Of a stretch of DNA of 64,000 nucleotides, positions 54,324-63,759 are shown in pieces; position 1 is the first letter of the stretch; the number at the start of each line of letters is the position of its first letter. The notes under the pieces were generated by a model. It searched no databases, was not told where the DNA came from, and was given only the letters and a program-made list of their open reading frames with translations. The DNA is from Azolla caroliniana (lineage: Eukaryota; Plantae; Polypodiophyta), in assembly GCA_043228905.1 (NCBI GenBank), contig JBHGNT010000006.1:2356001-2420000 (forward strand). The letters run 5' to 3'. A program made the translations under genes and the position numbers.

Positions 54324-55508
54324 TACCATGATGCCGACTCGTCAAACTTGACATCTCGGCTTACTCAGACTGTCTTTGTTCGGGGGTTGTAGCACTTGTA
54401 CCCCTTCTGCTCATGAGAGTAGCCGACCAATATGCACTTCTTCGACTTTGGGTCCAGCTTCCTCCGCTTCTCATCCGGTACATGCACATAGGCAATGCTA
54501 TTGAATATCTTAAGGTGCCTTAAATTCGGCTTGCGCCCGAAATATAGCTCATGGGTTGACACCTTATCCTCGATCCGGTTTTGGTTGTAAACGGCCATTC
54601 GGACTGCTTCGGCCTAGTAGAACTTGGGCATGCTCTTCCTCTTCCAGCATTGCCTGTGCCGCCTCGACGATCGACCAATTCTTTCTTTCGGCCACATTGT
54701 TTTGTTCCGGTGTGTATCGGCAATTGAATTCCCTCTGAATTTTGTTCTGCTGCAAATAATTGTTGAACTGGTTGGAAAAGTATTCTCTTCCGCCATCCGA
54801 CCGTAGGCACTTGATCTTTCTCTCCGTTTCCCGTCCAACAAGACTTTGTAGGTTCCGGAAATAGTCGAAGACTTTGCTTTTCTTCTCAATAAGATAGATC
54901 CAAGTGTACTGGCTGTAGTCGTCGATGAAGGAGACGAAATATCGGCTCCCACCAAGACGCGTTTTGTTTTGGTCCCCAAACATCAGAATGTATCAAGTCG
55001 AGCTTGTTATGGCTCCAGTTTCTTATGGTGGGGAATGGAAACTGGTGTTGCTTCCCGAGCTGGCATGCTTCACAAAATTGGGCCTTCCGGTCACTCATTT
55101 TCGGCAATCCGAAAACAACCTACTCCGATTGCAGGTTTTGAAGCCTTTGATAGTTGACATGGCAGATCTACTTGTGCCATAAGTCGATATCAGACTCAAC
55201 CTTTGGACCCTTTGCAAATAAAGCGGTGCCGACGTTGTTGGTGTCGAGGATGAACATCCTCCCGTCCCGAGGTGCGTAAACTGCACTTGCATCCCCTGGT
55301 CGATGATTTGCCCAACCGACACCAGGTTCTTTGTGATTGTCGAGACATGAAGCACGTTCATAAGCTTCCTTTTTTGTTTGACATGACTCAAGGGAACTTC
55401 TCCGACATTCACGATCGGGTGAGGAGTGTCATCTCCAATCTCGACAACTCCCGATTGCTCCTGCTTTTCCAGAAATGAGAACCACTCCTCGTGGTTCATC
55501 ATGTGGTT
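54324..55508 (-). pseudogene. Copia pol fragment: protease C-half, GAG-pre-integrase, rve integrase, SH3 domain (frameshifted)
   Basis: NHM..HEEWF, NVLHV..ITKNLVSVGQ, CEACQLGKQH, LDLIHSDV, YFVSFIDDYS, IKCLRSDGGREY, TPEQN.VAERKN, AYVHVPDEKRRKLDPKS.KCILVGYS..QKGYKCYNP and SRDVKFDE. Confidence 0.92.
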
Positions 55509-55971
55509 TGTTATTGCTAGGGCCGGACAACAGCCTAACACAGGGTGTCCACTTAAGACACGTCACCAAAGGGTGGTACGGTAGAATGACTTACGACACA
55601 ATGCTTAATTAGACCTTAATCGATTACTTAGCCATCCGTAATTAACACGCGTAAGATATAACAATAAATACAGAACGGTAATCAACACTTGAAGATTAAG
55701 ACAATAAACTTTATTAATTATTCGTTCCTCATTACATTGTAACCGGGCCTTTATATAGGTCTCCGGTTCGAAATACAAAACGGTGCCAAACGGCACCTTT
55801 ACGGAATCGTTCCGGATCCGGATCGGCATACCGATTCCGGTCTGTCCGTCCACATCTTTTTATATAATAATATGTATATATTAAGACTACTAATTACAAT
55901 AGTTCCCGAATAACTATTCCTTTCACACTCTGGTTTGGACCTCCTTAAGCCTTCTTTGCCGGCCGGTAACA
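55509..55971 (-). mobile_element. Probable solo or orphan LTR of a different retroelement
   Basis: Begins TGTTA exactly where Copia protease homology stops and ends TAACA. The minus strand has CTATATAAAGG followed by AATAAA. No matching target-site duplication is seen. Confidence 0.55.
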
Positions 55972-56345
55972 CATGGCACGCTGTCGCGTTGTTACGCGCG
56001 TGTGTGGAGAAAGGCGGGACCACAGGGGTCTTGGACTAGGGAGCGACGAAGCGTAGGAAGTCGCACTTCACCGTTTCTGGGGCACCCCTGAAACGGACCG
56101 GGAGCAGCCGAAGGGAGAGAGGGAGTGAGAGAGTGTGCTTGACACTGACTCACACGCGCACACACACACACACACACACACGCACACACACACACACACA
56201 CACACCCTCTTGTACAGGAAACGCAGGGAAGGAGGGGAGCACCCGACACCAACAAGACGCCAATATACACAGAAAGACGCAAACGTATATGTATATATAT
56301 ATATAAGAAGAATACACTCCCGACTTCGAGCTGGACCAGGATAGT

Positions 56346-56849
56346 TTACAACAGCCGTCTGCTGTCAAGCCGCCGTCGGGGAGCTCTTGGGCTCGTCGCG
56401 CCGAGCGGGGTCTTGCACAGGAGATAAGCTGCAACCAACCCTAAACGAACAAATCTAGCCAGACGAATTCTTCGTGGGATTCTTCTAATATGCATAGGGC
56501 TCCCAGATTTCTCTTCCTGCATAGAGGTTGGTGTAACCTCGTTACAGTCTAATTCTCTGTTGTGACCATCGCCAATGTTATTCAATGTTTCCTGGGCACT
56601 TCCTTCATTCTCGGTATCTTTATTAATATCGTATTCTTCAATAGAGAACTCTTCACATGTGTCATTATTTACATTCCCTGTAGATGAGCTCAGACAATAT
56701 TCTTCGATAGAATATGGTGAGTCGGTCGACAAACAATATTCTTCAATCGAATATGGTGACTCTGTTGACAAACAATACTCTTCAGTAGAAAACGATGGGT
56801 CTGATGACAAACAATATTCTTCAATCGAGAACGGTGAATCTTCACTCAT
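56346..56849 (-). CDS. Hypothetical acidic protein with four 13-aa repeats (SP[F/Y]SIEEYCLS[S/T]D-like), probably 3'-truncated near 56430
   Basis: ATG in good context (GCCATG). The 39-bp repeats differ mostly at synonymous positions. The ORF is divergent from the methyltransferase gene, and base composition switches to GC-rich at ~56430. Confidence 0.5.
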   Translation of the reverse strand: MSEDSPFSIEEYCLSSDPSFSTEEYCLSTESPYSIEEYCLSTDSPYSIEEYCLSSSTGNVNNDTCEEFSIEEYDINKDTENEGSAQETLNNIGDGHNRELDCNEVTPTSMQEEKSGSPMHIRRIPRRIRLARFVRLGLVAAYLLCKTPLGATSPRAPRRRLDSRRLL

Positions 56850-57548
56850 GGCTTAAGGTCTAGATAGGGCTCTCTAAGTTATGTGCTTAGGGTAAGGAAA
56901 AAAACTAATAAGCTCCTCTCTAAACATATACTCCTCTCTAAACATAAACTTCTCTCTAAACAAAAGCCAAATCAATAGAATGTCTATATTATGTAATATT
57001 CTATTAATACAATACATCAAAAAATTATTTTTAATAAAGTAATTGTACTTAAAATATCAATTATTATATAAACTAGATCTATATGAAGTTAAATCAAGTA
57101 AAATATAAAACTAATCATTAACAAGCCATGAATATGTTGGATTAATGTTAAAATCATTGGCTAATTAATGGCACCCATTTTGTTATAGAACGTCTCAATC
57201 ATTGGTTCTTTAATGCTCACCATTTTAAATATTAGACTTATCAATCATTGGTTAATTCATGCCAACATCTTTAATACATAGCATTTGAGAGTCATAAAAT
57301 TTGTTGCTTTTAGTAATCAATCATTGGTACATTCATGAACCTCTATCATTGTCTCCTTCATAACCTTTGAAGTCATTGTAGGTTGTTATGACTATAAAAG
57401 ATTGATCAATATGTTAGTTTGACTTTGTAATCATTAATACAATCATAAGTTACTCTAGTTAATGTGACTATGGTTACCAACTAACTATCCTCAAAGTTAC
57501 CAACCTTGGTTAAGGTGACTATGGTTACTTTAACCAATGTGTTCAATC

Positions 57549-57585
57549 CCTATAAATAGGAAGACCTCGTCATATTTCACTCACC
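57549..57585 (+). promoter_or_regulatory. TATA box and initiator-like site for the ParB-MTase gene
   Basis: ccTATAAATAgg at 57549-57560 and a pyrimidine-A (tcactca) initiator ~27-30 bp downstream, followed by a ~90-nt leader with (cagagca/caaagca) repeats before the ATG at 57675. Confidence 0.7.
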
Positions 57586-57674
57586 AGTGCGTACAGAGCG
57601 TACAGAGCACACAAAGCACACAGAGCACAAAGCACGAAAGCACGATCTCCGCCTCCACTTCCACACGATCAACG

Positions 57675-60600
57675 ATGTCTTCAAAGAGAATCGAGCGCGA
57701 GGACTCCAGGTAGGGCTCTGACATTGTGGACATTTTTGTAAATATGTTTCGTTTCTCAAGAACTCGATACGCCGTATCGAGTTCATGTATACAATACAAA
57801 CTTTATACATGAACTCGATACGGCGTATCGAGTTCATAATTTGTTTTTGCTTTTTATACAGGAACTCGATACGCCGTATCGAGTTCCTGTTTAATACCCA
57901 CACATTAAACAAGAACTCGATACGGCGTATCGAGTTCCTGTTTAAAACCTACACTTTAAACAGGAACTCGATACGGCGTATCGAGTTCCTGTTTAAAATT
58001 CCAACTTTAAACAGGAACTCGATACGGCGTATCGAGTTCTTGTTTAAAACCTACACTTTAAACACGAACTCGATACGGCGTATCGAGTTCTTGTTTAAAA
58101 CCTACACTTTAAACATGAACTCGATACGGCGGAACTCGATACGCCGTATCGAGTTCCTGTTTAAAGTGTAGGTTTTAAACACGAACTCGATACGGCGTAT
58201 CGAGTTCCTGTATATAAGAAGGCTTTGAGAGAGAAAAATTGTGTTTTTGGGGTAACAAATAATTATGGGGTGGAAAAGATATCTAGTTGTCTGGCAAAAT
58301 CAGTCTTTTTTATGTTGACTTTCCTTACTTTTAAAAAAAAACATGCTCTAATTATAGGTGTTTTATGACCTACTTTAGCTTAAAATAGTAGAAAATGATC
58401 CACAAATTGCCTTTACGATAGCAAATTCTCTTCAATATAGGTTTAGAATCTATATAAGTCACACCTACTATTTAAAAGAATATATAACCCTGTTTACTTA
58501 TTACGATATATATTTTCTAGGTTGAATAGCCCTACCTATAATAGATTTTTGAATATAGGACTGCTCCTGGGAACTGTTCTTCATTATAATATACAACCTT
58601 AATCTACGTGACTACCTAACTTATGTTTTTGCATATAATTTCTTAAATAGGTCGTTTGAGAACCTGTCGGACCGACCCGTGAAGAAAATAAAGCTTCGCA
58701 TACAAGGTTCTCCAATCGAAGCCCAGACCAAGGTAGCTCCTGAGACCATAAAGAGAGGAAAAAAGCTTCTATTTAACGAAGAGACAAAATCTCAGCCACA
58801 TAGTGATGTTAGCCAAAAGAAACTTGTCGCCGCTAATGGAGGTGAAGACCTTCCTGACCGAGATCTAACGGACAAGGAATGGTGTACGCAATATGTCGAC
58901 TCAAAGAAAAAAGTCGTATTGTATACAGCAAAGAAGAAGGGTGAGGGGCAGCTTGGAAAGGAAACCCCATTTATGTATGGCCGTATTCTACGATTTGACT
59001 ACGAAGATGCAGATTCGACAAACATACTGGTAATGATAGAGTGCTCCAAGGGGGTACGTAAAGTGTTCCTTTCATAAGACCTTTTAGTAAAGGAATCTTG
59101 TGGGCCAGAAGTGTTCAAAAAAGCACTTGATAGCTCACAAAACCTTATTGTTACCTTGAGGCCTTATATACAAGGCCATGTAACTCTAAGAGATGAAGTG
59201 CCCTCCCCATTGAAGGCCACAAAAAAGGTATCCAAAGTCCAGTCAAGACCAGCAAAGAAGAAGACAACCAAAATGTCGGATACGGATTCAACAAGTGAAA
59301 ACGAAGAGGAGGATAATAAGGGGACGCCAGGAGCTGAGCTGGCCTCGGGTGTTTTGTCATCCGAGCAGAATAAAATAAGGAGAGAGTTAATGCAACGGAA
59401 GCTGGTCAGGAAAGGGCAAGTGTTTAATTTGCCTATAACACACATCCATCGGCCCCCTATTGATGAAAAAACAGGTCGAAGACCACTTGAGATTAGAGAG
59501 CCTCACTGCATGCATGTTCAAAATCTCAAGAAAAAAATGAAAATTAATCCTCATGCCACTGTGGTGCCTTTTATTGTTATGGTAGATCCTGAAGAATGTG
59601 AAACCATTGAAGATTTTGATATTAGAAAGCATGATCAATATAATTATTTTGTCATTGGTGGATCGCATTCAGCAGAGGCACGTCGGCAACTTGTGAGAGA
59701 ACATCCAACCACTTTCTTCTTCAAGTATGCCGAGTGCAAAATTTATGTTGGGCTCACAACCGAAGAGGCTAAGCTGTTGGCATGGGACCATAATAATGAT
59801 AATGACTATAGGCAGAAAATGTCGTCCATTGAGCGTATACGGTTCTTCCACCACGAGTATTTAGATGTGAAACAAAAGTTTGGTGTGAAGTTACATCCAG
59901 GCCTTTGACGTCAATGTCTGCATAAAGTCGGCATTGTGGTAGATGATAATGTTAGGTCCGATGGTCTTCGAAAGTATGAGTCTTGGTTTCAATTGGCGTT
60001 TAGAGATGGAGAAGTATGGGACCTACAAGATCAAATCTTCTCAATGTGGGAGAATAAGGAGGTAAAGGGTCAATGACAAAAGAAATGTAGGGTTGACCCT
60101 CAACTAGAGTTAAAGTCACAAGCCGCCAAGAAAATTGACTTGACAATTGAAGAAGCGGCAGATGACATGAAGCTGTCTCTATGGAGAGCGATGCAAGGTA
60201 TTAAGGACGAGCAGCTTCTTGTGTCGGTTTTGTCAAGGGTTGTGGCGAAAGATTTAAGCCTTGAAGAAATGGTCACTGAGTTCAATAAGTAAGTCCTTCA
60301 AATACTGAAATTGTAGTCTATCTGGTGTAATTCAAAGTTCTAATCTTGATTTCTAATTTTACAGTCATAAGGTGTACATGAAGATCCAAGAAGTTATGAT
60401 GAAACAACTTGGATGTATAACTTGGGAACAAGTGACCGAGGATTATCCTCTAACGTCTTCGTATAAGGCGTTATCAGAGTATTTTATTGCATTCAAGGAT
60501 TGGGTTAGTATTCATGTTTTTTCATTACCCTTTCATCATATGTAGAGCTTGTATAATAATACCTGATGTCCTATTGCTTCTATTAGAAACCGTGTCGAGG

Positions 60601-61873
60601 CAAGAAACAAGGAGAAGTTAAGGATATACACGATTTCCCTACATCCTTCCTTGCACATCTCGAGCGAGCCAGAAAAGAAAAGGATCGTCGCTTAGTCAAG
60701 GCGTACGAAATGGAGGAAGATGGCTCGTTAAAAAAATTTAGCCACAAAAAAGATATTACGAGAGATCTTTACTACAATGTGGTTTGCGGTGATGTCATCG
60801 ACTTGATCCAGAAGGTGCCAAAGAAGGAATATACGCTAATGATTGCGGATATTCCTTACGGATTTCGAATGGCTGGGTCATCATACGACGATGAACCGTT
60901 TAGGTTTAAACAATTGGAGAAGATGGTCAAGGATTTCGCTGAGCTAACGACCGCATCCTTGTGGCGAATAGTTGTCTTTCATAGTATGGACCAAGGGTAC
61001 TCGGTAGCTCAAGCTTTGAGATCTCGTTGCCATGGCATCGAGAACCTTGCATGGTAAGGATTATTTATAGGTGTCTTTCACTATATTGCATTTCTTAAGG
61101 TTGAATCTATTCTTAACTCGATGAAATATTTTTTATAGGATCAAGACCAATGTAAATAGAGGGCCAACTTTTCGGTTCGTTAATGCCATTGAATACATAA
61201 CGGTTGGCTACTTTAATGAAATTAAGAAACAGAGAATCAAAGAGCATTCTAATGAAGTGGGAGGTTCAAATCTGTTGGTATATCTAGCAGTGACTCGGAA
61301 ATTGCGACATGTCACCACGACAGAACGGGGACTTGTCAACCCATACCAAAAACCTCAACGACTTATTATGCACTTGATCGAGATGTTTTCTGTCGAAGGA
61401 GACTGGATATTAGATCTCTTTTCTGGCACAGGTATTCCTCGAACTAGGGTAACGATCTTGAGATAACCAATCACTTTTTTTTCGTTTGACAACTAAATCT
61501 TCTTGTTACTTACATCACAGGAACTACGTCAGCATGTGCATTGAAGCTGTTTAGAAATACAGTTGCATTGGAGAAGGACGAGGACCAAGTTATATTTATT
61601 AATATGCGGATTAAGGCTTTGTGGGAGTGCCCAGACCAGGATGAGGAGGTCGGTGCAAAGAACCTCGCCAATACAGAAAGGTTTCAACCTGCTTCGCGAG
61701 AGCCTATTCCTCCGTTAGCCGGCGAACCGGGGGAGCTAATAGAGCTTGATGATGAGCTTATAGAAGATATTTGGTTGGCTCGGCTAATAGGGGAAACCAA
61801 TGCACGTATAGCCGAAGACAGTTCTACACAAGATGATGAAGAAAATGACGTTGATGAATTGATTGCTATGTAA
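57675..61873 (+). pseudogene. Six-exon gene for ParB/Srx-like domain + beta-class N6-adenine/N4-cytosine DNA methyltransferase fusion (~974 aa), three premature stops; exons 57675-57709, 58651-60288, 60365-60503, 60587-61053, 61139-61431, 61521-61873
   Basis: All five GT-AG introns preserve one frame (2925 nt). ParB-like YFVIGGSHSAEA...LTTEEAKLLA..HN.....MS.IER at 59414-59850. Catalytic ADIPYG at 60848, W|IKTN...EYI, NPYQKP..L..HLIEMFS.EGDWILDLFSGT|GTT..CALKLFRNTVALE......INMRI. In-frame stops are TAA 59075, TGA 59906 and TGA 60074. Confidence 0.88.
57760..58207. repeat. Array of a 25-bp palindrome GAACTCGATACG[G/C]CGTATCGAGTTC with 26-bp spacers (period 51 bp); 9 full copies and 1 partial
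   Basis: Full copies start at 57760, 57811, 57862, 57913, 57964, 58015, 58066, 58132 and 58183. The partial copy is at 58117-58131. Confidence 0.97.
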
Positions 61874-62293
61874 TAGACTCTATGAAGAATATGACACTAA
61901 CGATTTGTTAAGATTTCACATTATTAATACAAATTTTGGGTTTTACCTAGTGGATTCTATTCTTTATAATCTTCTATATGTTTCAATTTTATTTTTATAT
62001 ACTTAATTAGTAGATTTATGATATTGGTTTCACCGCGTGCATAGCTGACTACCAAACTTATGGAGAAACATGAACTAGTTTAAATGGAGGCTGATTTTGG
62101 TCCAAGCTAACCTTAACAGAACATGGCCCTATAATTGTTGCCATGACTGTCCATGTTGTTATTATGGATCTTTGTCTTCTATTGTTAAAACTATTATGTT
62201 TCTATTCCATTGCTGCTTAGATTGTGTAGTGTGTTGATAATGGTTCCAGTTGCGTTATCGTTCGGAGTTTGATCTTGTGTGAATCACCTAAGC

Positions 62294-62545
62294 AATAGAG
62301 TAGATCAATTTTAAATACAGGTATGAAAGCCTAATAGGTTTGTTATTTCCACGACATTATCCTAAAGTTCACTGCCTTACATTGTGCACAATTATATACA
62401 CATATGGTTTGATCCCATATGAACAAACTGAGGAATAGATTAGATCAACTTTAAATACAAGTATTGAATACTTTAATAAGTTAGTTATTCCAATCACTTA
62501 TCCTAATGTGCACTATCCTACATTTTCCACAATTACATACATGCA
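62294..62545. repeat. Diverged 140-bp-period duplication in the right subterminal region of the insert
   Basis: aataga.tagatcaa.tttaaataca.gtat...ttatcctaa.gt.cact....tacatt...cacaatta.ataca at 62294 and 62434. Confidence 0.8.
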
Positions 62546-62876
62546 CGTATGGGTCAAAGTATAAATTATATCTCATTTTATTAGTATGGATACAAGTACA
62601 CCTCATATTTTTGTAAAACTTACCTAATTAATATAAGTCTTTAAGTTAGTGTTTCCCTTGTCGCACAGTAGTGACATATTGAGCCATAGTTGAACTTTAT
62701 TATGCCTACATTAACTTATCAACATGTCTAAACTTGCATGATTTCTAATGATCTCCACTCGTAGATCTATCATGTATTTTTATATTTGCAAATTCTCATC
62801 AAGTTGAGGAACATGTGATACTAGTGCATCCAATTTTTGTAGAGAGGGTGTATTTGCTTCGTTTTAAGAAGATTCT

Positions 62877-62906
62877 ACAAGTGGAATGCGCAATCCTTCC
62901 ACTTGT
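62877..62906. other. Subterminal hairpin (10-bp stem, 10-nt loop)
   Basis: ACAAGTGGAA-tgcgcaatcc-TTCCACTTGT, ending 18 bp before the junction with Copia gag. Confidence 0.8.
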
Positions 62907-62924
62907 GAACGCGAACGTGTTATG

Positions 62925-63579
62925 GGCCGAATTGGCCTCTTCTACCGCCGTGACCTCCTCCTCGGCCACCGTCCGAATTCGAGAAGAACATTTGTCCTTC
63001 CGATGTCTTGCTTTTGGTTCGGATGTGGTTCTCTTCGACCAATAACATTGATTGGAGGACGAAGAATGAAGGAGGGTTTTCTCTCGCCAGGATTGTCGTC
63101 CGTAATGGATCGAATTGTTGTGTGAGGCCGCCCAAGCATACTTGAACCATCTCGTCTTCGTCGACTTTTATTTTGATGGAGCCAAGTGAGTCGCAAATGC
63201 TCCCGATCTTGGCGGTGTAGTCCGACAGGGACATGTCTTTTTGCCGAATGTTGTTCAACTCTTGTCGGAGTTAAAGCTTTCGGGCGGTCGTGTTGGCGGC
63301 AAACATTTTCTTTAAGTTCTCCCACGCCTCTTTGGGCGTCTTGGCGTCTCGAATGTGGCTAAGCATGTGGTCGTGGACACATGTTGCCAAGCAATACATG
63401 ACTCGACTCGCCGCTTGCTCCCATGTTGCATAGTCGGCATTTTTTGAGTCGGATCGATTTTCTTGTGTGTCGTTGATGTAGCTCCAATACCCTTGGCCGA
63501 CTAGGTATTGGGTCAACTTGTACTCCCAAGATGAATAATTGTTCCGGTCTAGCTTTGCGCTAGGGAGCGAGCTACTCAT
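62925..63579 (-). pseudogene. Copia gag (UBN2-type) with an in-frame stop at 63271-63273, cut before the zinc knuckle
   Basis: KLDRNNYSSW...YLVGQGYW, AKTPKEAWENLKK.F....ARKL*LRQELNNI.Q..MS..DY..KI..ICDSL and GRGG..GGRRG.FG. Confidence 0.9.
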
Positions 63580-63747
63580 TTGTGTGTTCGTGTTGATTGT
63601 ATCTTCTCTTCTTTTGTTTTTCTTCCTTTGATCACGTACATGTGCTACGTAGCGGCACTACGGTAGCCGATAGCCAGATTTTGTCGTCGGCGTCTCGAAC
63701 ACACAATCACGGAGTCGGGTGGGCTTGGTGGATTTTCTAAACCACAC

Positions 63748-63759
63748 GCTCTGATACCA
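63748..63759 (-). promoter_or_regulatory. Primer-binding site complementary to initiator tRNA-Met
   Basis: Reverse complement TGGTATCAGAGC lies directly after the LTR-terminal CA. Confidence 0.93.

Larger units (their letters stand above)
55972..62924. mobile_element. Unclassified inserted element carrying a ParB-like/DNA amino-methyltransferase gene, a palindrome array and a divergent ORF
   Basis: Sits between the Copia gag and protease regions. Ends CATGGCACGCTGTCGCGTT (left) and, as reverse complement, CATAACACGTTCGCGTT (right) look like weak inverted repeats. A 10-bp-stem hairpin lies 18 bp from the right end. No transposase was recognised. Confidence 0.6.

Noticed and set aside
55974-55988. 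TGGCACGC as a primer-binding site after the LTR-like block
   Set aside because: The match to a tRNA 3' end is short, the LTR's TATA/polyA signals point the other way, and no gag follows.
57577-58171. ORFs with repeated NSIRRIEF peptide (57785-58171 +, 57577-57912 -)
   Set aside because: By-products of a 51-bp palindromic repeat that reads alike on both strands; the repeat lies in a predicted intron.
57760-58207. CRISPR array
   Set aside because: No cas genes, a eukaryotic intronic location, and spacers that are related to each other (three share the same core) and self-complementary rather than unique foreign sequences.
58679-61873. Five separate small genes or a bacterial contaminant operon
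   Set aside because: The pieces join into one frame through canonical GT-AG introns and read-through of three stops. There is a TATA promoter and flanking plant retrotransposon sequence.
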